Position numbers and translations under genes: made by a program | Shown: positions 38,961 through 47,872 of the stretch, one piece after another | How positions within the stretch are numbered: position 1 is the stretch's first letter | Layout of the letters: each line of letters opens with the position of its first letter | The notes under the pieces: model-generated | Seen by the model: only the letters and a program-made list of their open reading frames with translations | Database searches by the model: none | What the model was told of the DNA's origin: nothing | NCBI GenBank assembly: GCA_964291405.2 | Contig: OZ219926.1 | Span: forward strand, 3,136,001 to 3,200,000 | Length of the DNA: 64,000 nt | Origin: Thermodesulfobacteriota bacterium | GTDB taxonomy: Bacteria; Desulfobacterota; Binatia; Bin18 | Reading direction: 5' to 3'

Positions 38961-40019
38961 GTGCGTATCCGGAAAAAGCGGGGCAATTTCCTCGAAGATT
39001 TCTCGGTTGGTCAGTTGTTTCGGCACAAGGTCGGAAAAACCGTAACCGAAGGCTTGTTCAACGCCTTTACCGAATTCGGCATGACAACCAATCCGCTGTC
39101 GAAAAACGTGCGCTATGCCGAACAGTACGGTTTCCGCGGGCTGGTGGCCCCGCCGGGTTTGGTGATGAATATCGTCTTCAGCCAGAGCGTTGAAGACATT
39201 TCTGAAAACGCGCGGGCCAATCTCGAATACCGTGACATGCGCTTTGGCGCACCTGTGTATATCGGCGATACGATTGAGGTTGAGACGACCATCCTCGGCA
39301 TCAAGCCCTCCTCACGGGACCAGGACCGGGGCGTCGTCCACGTCCAGACGACCGGCCGGAACCAGCATGGTGAAATTGTGCTGACCCTGCAGCGCAAGGT
39401 GCAAATCTGGAAAGATAATATGGATGCTCGGGTCGAAGACGTAGCCCTGGATGATATCCCCCATATCCCCTGCGAGCTCGTTGTGCCGGAGTATGACAAG
39501 AGTCGGCGTTACGAAAACCTGGCCCACCTGGCCAATGACGACACCTATTTTGAGGACTTTCAGCCCGGAGACACGCTCGAACATTCCCGCGGACGGACGC
39601 TGACCACCGCCCATATGGAATGGACCGCGCTGTTGGACAACACCTCTCAGGTCCACTCCAACCAGTATCTGATAGACCAGAATCCAGAGCGCTATATTGG
39701 CGGCCAGTTGATCGTCTATGGTGGGATTCCGTTTAATCTCTGCCTGGGTCTATCCTGTCCCGACGTTGGCGATAATGCGGTTGGGGACGTGCGCTATGTG
39801 ACCGGCCGACACACGGGACCGGTTTTTGTTGGGGATACCGTCTTCGCCTCAACCGAAATAACCGGCACCCGTGAGTATCCCAGTCGTTCCGACCTGGGGA
39901 TTGTCGAGACCATCCTGCGCGGTCATAAATTCATCCCAAAAGACGGGGTTGGGGAAAAGATTGAGATTTTCTATCTCGAACGTGAACTGGCCGTAAAACG
40001 GCGCAGCCATTATACCTGA
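38961..40019 (+). CDS. Double MaoC hot-dog dehydratase (mesaconyl-CoA hydratase-like)
   Basis: Two MaoC repeats: GNFLEDF..PVYIGDT and YFEDF..PVFVGDT. Confidence 0.8.
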   Translation: MRIRKKRGNFLEDFSVGQLFRHKVGKTVTEGLFNAFTEFGMTTNPLSKNVRYAEQYGFRGLVAPPGLVMNIVFSQSVEDISENARANLEYRDMRFGAPVYIGDTIEVETTILGIKPSSRDQDRGVVHVQTTGRNQHGEIVLTLQRKVQIWKDNMDARVEDVALDDIPHIPCELVVPEYDKSRRYENLAHLANDDTYFEDFQPGDTLEHSRGRTLTTAHMEWTALLDNTSQVHSNQYLIDQNPERYIGGQLIVYGGIPFNLCLGLSCPDVGDNAVGDVRYVTGRHTGPVFVGDTVFASTEITGTREYPSRSDLGIVETILRGHKFIPKDGVGEKIEIFYLERELAVKRRSHYT

Positions 40020-40098
40020 CCCTCCAATCACAGAGCGGCACGTAGAGTGCCTGTCTCGCCTTTTACCCGGTCTCGACGGCTGATAAAGCGTCAACAGC

Positions 40099-41277
40099 AT
40101 GACCTTCCGTCGGATCGTATGGCCGCTGGCGGTTGCGGAAACGCTGGTCTGGGCGGCGCTCTACTATTCGTTTCCCGCACTGTTGCTTGAGTGGGAGCGC
40201 GACCTGGGCTGGTCGAAAACCGAGCTTGCCGGGGCGCTCACGCTGGCTCTGATTACTTCGGCCCTGCTCGGGCCCGTGACCGGGCGCTTCATAGACCGCG
40301 GTTTCGGGCGGGTCGTCTTCAGCGGCAGTGCCGCCCTGGGGGGCGTCTTCCTGGCTGGCCTCGCCTGGGTTGAACACCAGTGGCAATTCTACTGTCTATG
40401 GTTCGGCATTGGCGTAGCCATGGCCGGCTCGTTATACGACGCGTGCTTCTCCGTCCTGACGCGCTCGCTGGGCGACAAAGCTCGTCGGGCCATTACCCTT
40501 GTCACCTTAGTCGCTGGGTTTGCCGGGACACTCGCCTTTCCGAGTATCCACCTGCTCGTCGGCTGGGTCGGCTGGAGAGGTGCCGTGGTCATTGTCGCTG
40601 GCGTCAATCTCCTGGTTGCCGTTCCCCTCATCTGGAACGCGTGCCGACATGCGGACCAGCATCGAGCCGATAAAAATGCCCCAAGCAGCGCTCACCCTGG
40701 AACTGCCTCACGCGTGCTCAAGGCACCGGTCTTCTGGCTACTCGCCGTGGCATTCGGCATGGCCTATATGGAACATTTCAGCCTGCTGACGCATCTCCTA
40801 CCGCTATTGTCTGAACGGGGTCTGTCAGACGAAGCGGCAGTCCTCACGGCCTCTTCCATCGGACCCATGCAGGTGGCGGGTCGCCTGGCGATGTTGGCAG
40901 TGGAGAAATACGTTTCGACGTTTTGGATCGCTCTCGCCTGTTTCCTTGCTATGAGCGGTGCGGCAACCGCCCTGTTATGCTCCCAGGCCGTTCCCCTGCT
41001 ACTCCCGCTTTTCGTGGTACTCCAGGGAGCGGGGATTGGGATGAGCAGCATACTCCGCCCGGTGATGACCGCCGAACTGTTGGGTAGAGCCCATTTCGGG
41101 ATCATCTCCGGCTTTCTCGCTATCCCATCCATCCTGGCCGCGGCCCTCGCTCCCACCCTGGCCGCACTGGTGTGGGGAATGGGCGGCTATGAGATGGTCA
41201 TTTTGATGGCGGTCGCTACCACAATAGTTGGGCTGGGCTGCATCAGCAGCATCCCTCTGCTGGCATCCCGCCGGTGA
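40099..41277 (+). CDS. MFS transporter
   Basis: About 12 TM helices, with motif A GRFIDRGFGR. Confidence 0.9.
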   Translation: MTFRRIVWPLAVAETLVWAALYYSFPALLLEWERDLGWSKTELAGALTLALITSALLGPVTGRFIDRGFGRVVFSGSAALGGVFLAGLAWVEHQWQFYCLWFGIGVAMAGSLYDACFSVLTRSLGDKARRAITLVTLVAGFAGTLAFPSIHLLVGWVGWRGAVVIVAGVNLLVAVPLIWNACRHADQHRADKNAPSSAHPGTASRVLKAPVFWLLAVAFGMAYMEHFSLLTHLLPLLSERGLSDEAAVLTASSIGPMQVAGRLAMLAVEKYVSTFWIALACFLAMSGAATALLCSQAVPLLLPLFVVLQGAGIGMSSILRPVMTAELLGRAHFGIISGFLAIPSILAAALAPTLAALVWGMGGYEMVILMAVATTIVGLGCISSIPLLASRR

Positions 41278-41349
41278 TGGACTGCCAAATCGGAGGGTTT
41301 GTCGGGTCAGGGGCAGAGAGTAAAGCCGCTCGACTCACCTCCCTTCGTG

Positions 41350-41378
41350 TTGCTCCCCATATCCCGGTTGGTTATGAT
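41350..41378 (+). promoter_or_regulatory. Possible sigma70 promoter of the monooxygenase operon
   Basis: TTGCTC, 17 nt, TATGAT, about 50 nt upstream of the ATG. Confidence 0.4.
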
Positions 41379-41428
41379 ACTCCCCTTATCGGAAGTACGG
41401 ATACGCCTGGCATAGGAGGGAACACCGT

Positions 41429-42946
41429 ATGGCGCTCTTGGACCGAGCCGACTGGTATGACATTGCCCGCGACACCAATTGGACGCCGCAATATGTCACT
41501 GAAGACGCGCTTTTCCCGGAAGAGCAGAGTGGGGCGCTGAGCCTGCCGCTTGAGGCGTGGGAGAGCTATGACGAGCCCTATAAAGTCACCTATCGTGAAT
41601 ATGTGCGGACCCAGCGCGAGAAGGATGCCGGGGTGTATTCGGTCAAAGCCGCGCTCCAGCGGGCCAATTTCTTGGATCAGGCCGAGCCCGGCTGGGTGAG
41701 TATTCTCAAGCTGCACTACGGCGCGTTTGCCACGCTTGAGGCCATGGCCTCGAGTGCGGAGTCCCGTATGGCCCGCTTTGGCAAGGCCGGCGGTCTGCGC
41801 AATATGGCGACCTTCGGCTCGCTGGACGAGAATCGCCACGGTCAGATTCAACTCTATTTCCCGCACGAACACGTCCACCGCAGTCGGCAGTTTGACTGGG
41901 CGACCAAGTCGATGCACACCAACGAGTGGGCGGTTGTTGCCGCCCGTCATCTGTTCGATGACATCATGGCCGGCCGCGACGCGGTTGGAGTGGCGCTGAT
42001 GCTGACCTTTGCCTTTGAGACCGGATTTTCCAATCTGCAATTTCTCGGACTGGCGGCCGATGCCGCTCAGGCCGGTGATATTTCCTTTTCCAATCTCGCC
42101 TCCAGCATTCAAACCGACGAAGCGCGCCACGCCCAGATTGGCGGTCCGGCCGTGAAAATCCTGATCGCAAACGGGAAGAAGGCCGAAGCCCAACGACTGG
42201 TTGATGTTGCCATCTGGCGGGCTTGGACCTTGTTCGCCACCGTGACCGGTCCGTCCATGGATTATTACACCCCGCTCGACCGCCGCGAGAAATCCTTCAA
42301 AGAGTTCATGCAGGAATGGGTCTTTGGCCAGTTTGAGCGGACCCTGCTCGACATCGGCCTGGAACGCCCCTGGTATTGGGACACCATGCTGGCCGACCTT
42401 GATACCCGCCACCACGGGATGCATGCGGGAATCTGGACCTTTCATAAATCAGTCTGGTGGGATGTCCCGCCCGGCATCAGCCGAGCCGAACGCGCCTGGC
42501 TGGAGGAGAAGTATCCCGGCTGGGAAGAGACCTGGGGAGCGCATTTCTGGGACCCGATCATTGTCCGTTTTCTGAAAGACGGTCCGGTCGATACGGTCCT
42601 GCCCTCTATGGTGCAGTTGTGCAATATGGCCCAAGTGCCGATCACCGGTACGCCCGGCTGGGCTCCGGGCAAGACCGGCCGGCCCTTGCAGGATTTTCCG
42701 CTTGAACACGAAGGCCGCCTGTATCATTTCGGCTCGGAGGTGGACCGCTGGATTTTTCAGCAGGACCCGGACCGCTACAAAGATCATCTGAGCGTTGCCG
42801 ACCGGATGGTGGCTGGGATGATCCAGCCGCCGACCCTCGAAGGGCTGCTCGACTATTTTTCGCTCAAAGAGGGAGAACAGGGAGAGGATGCCCTCAATCA
42901 CAGCTGGTTGGAGGAGTACCGCCAAGAGCAGGCCCAGGCCGCCTGA
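41429..42946 (+). CDS. tmoA: Toluene/benzene-type soluble diiron monooxygenase, alpha subunit
   Basis: Co-linear with T4MO TmoA as I recall it. Ligands E104, E134, H137, E197, E231 and H234 present. WESYDEPYK and YHFGSEVDRW. Confidence 0.93.
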   Translation: MALLDRADWYDIARDTNWTPQYVTEDALFPEEQSGALSLPLEAWESYDEPYKVTYREYVRTQREKDAGVYSVKAALQRANFLDQAEPGWVSILKLHYGAFATLEAMASSAESRMARFGKAGGLRNMATFGSLDENRHGQIQLYFPHEHVHRSRQFDWATKSMHTNEWAVVAARHLFDDIMAGRDAVGVALMLTFAFETGFSNLQFLGLAADAAQAGDISFSNLASSIQTDEARHAQIGGPAVKILIANGKKAEAQRLVDVAIWRAWTLFATVTGPSMDYYTPLDRREKSFKEFMQEWVFGQFERTLLDIGLERPWYWDTMLADLDTRHHGMHAGIWTFHKSVWWDVPPGISRAERAWLEEKYPGWEETWGAHFWDPIIVRFLKDGPVDTVLPSMVQLCNMAQVPITGTPGWAPGKTGRPLQDFPLEHEGRLYHFGSEVDRWIFQQDPDRYKDHLSVADRMVAGMIQPPTLEGLLDYFSLKEGEQGEDALNHSWLEEYRQEQAQAA

Positions 42947-42954
42947 GGGTCCGT

Positions 42955-43242
42955 ATGGCACAGATTCCCATTGTCCATAATCTGCATCAGGAGTTTGTCC
43001 TGTACGTCTCTATCGTCGATACCGAGAACACGATGGATGAAGTGTGTCAGACGGCCGCCCAACTGAGCATCGGCTTCGAGAAGAACCAGAAGCCGGACGC
43101 GCCGCTGCGGGTGCGGAAAGTCGGAGCTGAGAAACCGTTTCCGCGCGATATGACGGTTGCGGAGGCCGGCATCACCCCAATGACGAGCCTCGAACTCTTT
43201 TATGAAGCCGCCGAGGCTGCTTCGCCCGAGCCTACACCATGA
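42955..43242 (+). CDS. tmoB: Monooxygenase gamma subunit (TmoB-like)
   Basis: DTENTMDEV and PFPRDMTVAEAGI, ubiquitin-like. Position after the alpha subunit. Confidence 0.8.
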   Translation: MAQIPIVHNLHQEFVLYVSIVDTENTMDEVCQTAAQLSIGFEKNQKPDAPLRVRKVGAEKPFPRDMTVAEAGITPMTSLELFYEAAEAASPEPTP

Positions 43243-44231
43243 GCGCCAAATCCGAACCGCTCAAGCCGCTACGGACCTGGAGTCATCTCACAGGTAGACG
43301 CCGTCGCCCGAGCGAATATGAGATTGTCTCGACCAATCTCATGTACGACGCCAAGAATGCGGAGTCTCCGTTTGAGCTGGGGCCGAATATCCCGCTCTCC
43401 AAGTGGTTCAAAAAATACCGCCACGCCTCTCCCCTCACCGGTCGGGACTGGGAGGAATTCCGTGACCCTGACGAGCTTACCTATCGTGCCTACAATACCC
43501 TGCAAGACGGCCAAGAGACCTATATCGAAGGGCTGTTCGACCAGCACAACGAACTCCAGTACGATACCGGCCTCGCTGCCGCCTGGGTTGCTGTCCTGCC
43601 GCGCTTGTACACCCCGGCCCGCTATGCGTTCCACACCGTGCAGATGGCTTCGCACTATCTCGTCCAGATTGTGCCGTCGAGTACGATTCGGAACTGCGCG
43701 ACCTATCAGGCCGCGGATGCCCTGCGCTGCGTATCCCATCTTGCGTATCGGACCGCCGAGCTGAAACAGACTTATCCGGATAGCGGATTTGGGACGGCTG
43801 AGCGCGCTGCCTGGGAAAATGCCGCCGCCTGGCAAGGCTTTCGTGAGTTGATGGAAAGGGTTTTGGTCGCCTATGACTGGGGCGAGAGTTTTGTCGCCCT
43901 CAATCTGGTAGCAAAGCCGGCCATTGACGAGGTGCTGCTGCGTCAACTGGCAGCCACCGGCCGTCGGCAGGGCGACAGTTTGCTCGGCCTGATTGCCGAT
44001 TCCGAATATCGTGATGTCCAGCGCTCCAGAACCTGGAGTACCGCCCTGGTCCGCTTCGCGGGTGAACGGCCAGAAAACCTGACGGTGATACGCGGCTGGG
44101 TGGAGCAGTGGCTCCCTCTGGCTGAACGGGCCATCGACGCATACTGCCAGGATTTGCCCGACAGCCCGCAGGCCGCAGCCACGGCTACCCAGGCCGTGCA
44201 CGGGTTTTTACAAGCTCTCGACTTACACTGA
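43239..44231 (+). CDS. tmoE: Monooxygenase beta subunit (TmoE-like)
   Basis: Motifs LKPLRTWSHL..RRRPSEYEIVS, FRDPD..YRAY..QDGQE and DWGESFVALNLVAKP. Confidence 0.92.
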   Translation: MSAKSEPLKPLRTWSHLTGRRRRPSEYEIVSTNLMYDAKNAESPFELGPNIPLSKWFKKYRHASPLTGRDWEEFRDPDELTYRAYNTLQDGQETYIEGLFDQHNELQYDTGLAAAWVAVLPRLYTPARYAFHTVQMASHYLVQIVPSSTIRNCATYQAADALRCVSHLAYRTAELKQTYPDSGFGTAERAAWENAAAWQGFRELMERVLVAYDWGESFVALNLVAKPAIDEVLLRQLAATGRRQGDSLLGLIADSEYRDVQRSRTWSTALVRFAGERPENLTVIRGWVEQWLPLAERAIDAYCQDLPDSPQAAATATQAVHGFLQALDLH

Positions 44232-44241
44232 GTTCCCCTGC

Positions 44242-44580
44242 ATGGCGTTTACCCGAGTCTGTAGCCTCGACGATGTATGGGAGGGCGATATGGCCGCGTA
44301 TGAGGTTGACGGGCAACCCATCGTCTTAGTCTATCCCATAGATGGTGAGATTATCGCCATTCAGGGGTTTTGTCCGCATCAGCAGTTTTCTTTAGCCGAG
44401 GGTGATTTCGACGGCCACAAGGTGCTCACATGCAGCGCCCATGTGTGGCAATTCGACGTCACGACGGGCAGTGGGGTCAATCCCCAAGACTGCGAACTGG
44501 TCCGCTATCCCGTCAAAATCGAGCATGACGAAATCTATGTAGACACTGTTGGCATAGAGCCAAAGCGTGTCGGGGTGTAG
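44242..44580 (+). CDS. tmoC: Rieske ferredoxin (TmoC-like)
   Basis: CPHQ..CSAHVWQFD Rieske ligands, and LDDVWEG. Confidence 0.92.
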   Translation: MAFTRVCSLDDVWEGDMAAYEVDGQPIVLVYPIDGEIIAIQGFCPHQQFSLAEGDFDGHKVLTCSAHVWQFDVTTGSGVNPQDCELVRYPVKIEHDEIYVDTVGIEPKRVGV

Positions 44581-44582
44581 CT

Positions 44583-44882
44583 ATGGACAAACAGACAAGC
44601 AACAACAAAGTCGGCCCGGTGCTCCGTGCCGGGGATATCGCGGATGCGGCAATTGACGCGATCTACGAAGACAATCCGGACAAAGAGGTGCGGGTCGAAA
44701 ACCACCACGCTTACGTTCGGGTCGAGACCGATACCGAGTGTATTATCAGGCGCGAGACCATGGAGGCCAACCTCGGCCGGCCGTTCCATATGCAGGAACT
44801 GGAGACCGTCCTGAGTTCTTTTGCCGGACAGATCGAAACCAGCGCTCACTATATGCGCTTCTACTTGACAAAGAATCTCTAG
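44583..44882 (+). CDS. tmoD: Monooxygenase effector protein (TmoD/MmoB family)
   Basis: NKVGPVLR, DNPDKEV..AYVRV and LSSFAGQI. Confidence 0.92.
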   Translation: MDKQTSNNKVGPVLRAGDIADAAIDAIYEDNPDKEVRVENHHAYVRVETDTECIIRRETMEANLGRPFHMQELETVLSSFAGQIETSAHYMRFYLTKNL

Positions 44883-45141
44883 GGAGAGTTCGGTATTTAC
44901 GTATGTCGCCTGTTGTTGAAGAATCGTTTGCCGCTCACCTGCTCAAGACTAATCGCTAGCACCTGTAGCGGAAGATAGAGAAATATCAGATCGATAGTGG
45001 AGACTGATCCTCTATTAGCCTGTGACCCACCGCACGAATCTGAGAGAATCCATAGACAAGAAGGGACAGGGGCGTCTTGGTCGCTGGTTATTCACAAACC
45101 ATGGCCTTGCCGTACTCTCTCCTCTGGATACTATGGGAGAC

Positions 45142-45390
45142 ATGAAAACGACGCTTGATATCCACGACGAACTTCTGGCACGGGCGAAACGCCACGCCAA
45201 GAAGACGGGCCGCCCCTTGCGTGCCGTGGTTGAGGACGGGCTCCGTCAGGTGCTTGCTGCGTCTCCCTCTCAGGACCGCTACCGGCTGCCCGATTTGAGT
45301 ACCGGCCATGCCGGCGCGGAGGACCCTCTTGAGGTCTATTCGTGGCAGGACCTGCGCGGGTTGATCTACGGAGAGACTGAAACACGATGA
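45142..45390 (+). CDS. VapB-like (RHH) antitoxin
   Basis: MKTTLDIHDELLARAK..LRAVVEDGLR, with ATGA overlap to a PIN remnant. Confidence 0.8.
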   Translation: MKTTLDIHDELLARAKRHAKKTGRPLRAVVEDGLRQVLAASPSQDRYRLPDLSTGHAGAEDPLEVYSWQDLRGLIYGETETR

Positions 45391-45431
45391 TTGCGGTCGA
45401 TACGAACCTGCTCGTCTATGCCCACCACTGA
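45387..45431 (+). pseudogene. VapC/PIN toxin remnant (first 14 codons only)
   Basis: MIAVDTNLLVYAHH*, the classic PIN N-terminal motif, then a stop. Confidence 0.75.
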
Positions 45432-45446
45432 ACAGAGGAGAAAATC

Positions 45447-45650
45447 ATGAAATTAAAGGTAGTCGTCCATGAAGCGGAGGAAGGTGGTTATTGGGCAGAG
45501 GTGCCCGCCATCCCCGGATGCGCGACGCAGGGAGAATCTTTTGAAGAACTGCTGAGCAATCTCTACGAAGCGATTGAAGGGTGTCTGTCCGTGGATGTCC
45601 AGGAGATTCCCACGTCGGACAAAGGCAAGATCATCGAAATCGCGGTATGA
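45447..45650 (+). CDS. hicB: HicB-family antitoxin (short form)
   Basis: EEGGYWAEVPAIPGCATQGES..EAI. Confidence 0.9.
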   Translation: MKLKVVVHEAEEGGYWAEVPAIPGCATQGESFEELLSNLYEAIEGCLSVDVQEIPTSDKGKIIEIAV

Positions 45651-45852
45651 AGATCGTCAGTGGGAAGCGGTTCTGCCAAGTGTTAGAATCGCGAGGGTGG
45701 CAGTTAATGCGCGTCCGCGGTAGCCACCATATCTATGCCAAAGGGCTACCCCCGTTCGTATTTCGGTTCCGGTTCACGGTGGCACCCCTCTCAAACGTGG
45801 CCTACAGAGACATCTCATGAAGTTGGCGGATATTGAGGAATCGGAACTGTAG
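45647..45852 (+). pseudogene. hicA: HicA toxin, frameshifted near 45745
   Basis: GWQLMRVRGSHHIY, then PVRISVPVHG..LKRGLQRHLMK in a shifted frame. The span is 206 nt, not a multiple of 3. Confidence 0.8.
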
Positions 45853-46017
45853 GCGCCGAGGAAAAGATTGACTTCGATGGCTCAATCTCGGAGTAAGGAG
45901 GCTGCTAAGACCGTCGAAACGCTCACGGGCCACGACGCGTTGCATAAGAACATCCTCACAGTAGAGTTTCAGTCCATGATGTGGAAGAACGCGTTTTGCA
46001 GGAGAAGATTCAAGCCA

Positions 46018-46209
46018 GCCTATTTCCTCGGAGCCAACGACCCCTACAAAGCCCTCAAGACCACCCTCAAGGCCGAGATCAACGCAGACGCCTGGACAAC
46101 CCTCAACAGCGACACCTCCCGCCCGTTCGACAAACCCACGTCCGGCCGGATTGCGGTCAAGGTCATCAACCATCTAGGGGATGAGGTGATGAAGGTGTTT
46201 CGGGTGTGA
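46018..46209 (+). pseudogene. 3'-terminal fragment of a type III-like site-specific DNA methyltransferase (mod) gene
   Basis: AYFLGANDPYKALKTTLKAEI..SRPFDKP.SGRIAVKVINHLGDEVMKVFRV*, recognised from memory as the C-terminus of this family. Confidence 0.75.
46109..46209 (+). repeat. 101-bp direct repeat, copy 1
   Basis: Matches 46899-46999 with 5 mismatches. Confidence 0.95.
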
Positions 46210-46255
46210 CAATACCTTCTTGACAATCGTGCAAAAACGTACGACGTAGCGACTG

Positions 46256-46462
46256 GTGAAGAGTAATGAATTTGTCAGGCGGGCCAAGCGCTATGCAAGA
46301 AGAGTTGGGCTGGTAGCCTCCTTCAATCCAAGCCGTGGCAAGGGCAGTCACGGACGGCTTCACATCGGAGACCGCTTCACTACCGTGCCACGCAAGGAAA
46401 TCGGTCCAGGTCTGTTGGCCGCAATGTTGAACGATCTGAATATCGACAAGAAGGAGTTCTGA
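46256..46462 (+). CDS. hicA: HicA-family toxin
   Basis: RGKGSHG..TTVP..EIGPGLLAAMLNDL. Its stop overlaps the hicB ATG. Confidence 0.85.
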   Translation: MKSNEFVRRAKRYARRVGLVASFNPSRGKGSHGRLHIGDRFTTVPRKEIGPGLLAAMLNDLNIDKKEF

Positions 46463-46890
46463 TGCGATACGCTTATCCTTGTGTCTTGACGCCCGAAGAA
46501 GGCGGGGGATTTTTCGTGCGTTTCCCCGATGTGCCGGGAGCGCTGACCTGTGGCGAGGACCGGGCCGAGGCGTTGCTGATGGCCGAGGATGCCCTCGCTG
46601 TCGCCCTCGCCGGCTATGTGCAGCAGCAACGGGACATTCCCGCCCCAAGCTCTGCTAAAAAAGGCCAGGAAATTGTGACCCTGTCACCCCTTGTCGCCGC
46701 GAAGCTCGCGCTGTACACGGCAATGCGTCAGCAGGGCGTGACCAAGGTGGCCCTGGCGGCTCGTTTGGGCCTGAGCGAGGCAGTTGTGCGCCGACTTGTG
46801 AATCTCGATCACCGCTCCCACATCAGTCAGGTCGAAAAAGCCCTCCGCGCCGTAGGACGCAAACTCGCGGTCGAGGATCAGGCGGCATAA
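46462..46890 (+). CDS. hicB: HicB antitoxin with C-terminal HTH
   Basis: FFVRFPDVPGALTCGE..AEDAL..IPAPS, then the HTH TKVALAARLG. Confidence 0.9.
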   Translation: MRYAYPCVLTPEEGGGFFVRFPDVPGALTCGEDRAEALLMAEDALAVALAGYVQQQRDIPAPSSAKKGQEIVTLSPLVAAKLALYTAMRQQGVTKVALAARLGLSEAVVRRLVNLDHRSHISQVEKALRAVGRKLAVEDQAA

Positions 46891-46898
46891 GGTCTATG

Positions 46899-46999
46899 GC
46901 GACACCTTCCGCCCGTTCGACAAACCGCAGTCCGGCCGGATTGCGGTCAAGGTCATCAACCATCTTGGGGATGAGGTGATGAAGGTGTTTCGGGTGTGA
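46899..46999 (+). repeat. 101-bp direct repeat, copy 2 (second mod 3' end)
   Basis: Encodes DTFRPFDKPQSGRIAVKVINHLGDEVMKVFRV*. Confidence 0.95.
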
Positions 47000-47008
47000 G
47001 AACACTCT

Positions 47009-47833
47009 CTAGCGATTATCCCCAAACGCGGCGTCGCGCTCCTTGGCCCGCTTGGACCCGGAAAAGGTATCCTCGCCTTTCTCCAGCCGGTACATGCGGG
47101 TAAGGGCGTACGACTGAAACGCGCCGGTGACGCCGGTCCGAAAGCCGGCTTCGTCCTGCATCTGGTTCATCGAGAATTTGGCAATCCGCAACGCGTAGGC
47201 GTCCTGCAGGGCAATGCGCTGGGCGAGTTCCAGGGTCTTGGCTTCGAGCTGGTCGCGCGGCACAACCTCGTTGACCAGCCCCAGCCGCTCGGCCTCCACG
47301 GCCGTGATCCAGTCGCCGGTAAAGAGGTATTGCTTGGCCTTGCGAAAGCCAATGTCCCAGGCCAGGCTGGCGTACTGGACATGAGCGCCCGCCCAGCGCA
47401 CCGTGCGGTCACAAAACTTGGCGTCGTCCGCAGCAATAATGAGATCGCAGGCCGAGGCCAACATCAGCCCGCCCATAATGCAGTAGCCCTGGACCTGGGC
47501 AATGGTCGGTTTGGGACAATCCCGCCAGCGCAGAGTGCAATCCAGATAGAGGTCTCGTCCGCGTTTATATTCGCCCGGCATGCCCTTCGGATACGGGCGC
47601 TTTTTCCAGTCTTCCCGTTCCTGCGGCGTGCCAATGTCATGGCCGGCGGAAAAATGCTTGCCCGCACCGGCCACGATAATGACTTTGACCGACTCGTCTT
47701 CCGCGGCGGCGGCCATGGCCCGATCAAACTCTTCCAGCATCAAGCGGCTCTGGGCATTGAGTGCCTCAGGGCGATTGACGGTGATGGTCAGGACCGCCTC
47801 ATCCTGTTTCTGGGTCAGGGTTTCATAGCTCAT
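47009..47833 (-). CDS. Enoyl-CoA hydratase/isomerase family protein
   Basis: Motifs NRPEALNA, FSAGHD and KPTIAQVQGYCIMGGLMLASACD. Confidence 0.92.
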   Translation of the reverse strand: MSYETLTQKQDEAVLTITVNRPEALNAQSRLMLEEFDRAMAAAAEDESVKVIIVAGAGKHFSAGHDIGTPQEREDWKKRPYPKGMPGEYKRGRDLYLDCTLRWRDCPKPTIAQVQGYCIMGGLMLASACDLIIAADDAKFCDRTVRWAGAHVQYASLAWDIGFRKAKQYLFTGDWITAVEAERLGLVNEVVPRDQLEAKTLELAQRIALQDAYALRIAKFSMNQMQDEAGFRTGVTGAFQSYALTRMYRLEKGEDTFSGSKRAKERDAAFGDNR

Positions 47834-47872
47834 GGCTCCCTCCTTCATTGTTCGGTTTTGTTCGTTCGGTAG

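Noticed and set aside
41372-44201. Long antisense ORFs (357 aa and 310 aa) over the monooxygenase genes
   Set aside because: Codon-bias shadows of tmoA and tmoE.
45868-46017. N-terminal part of the 113-aa ORF as a real gene start
   Set aside because: Methyltransferase similarity begins only at AYFLG (46018). The upstream part looks like unrelated fused debris.
46109-46999. Direct repeats as a CRISPR array or IS ends
   Set aside because: Only two copies, 101 bp long, protein-coding and in direct orientation. No cas or transposase gene.
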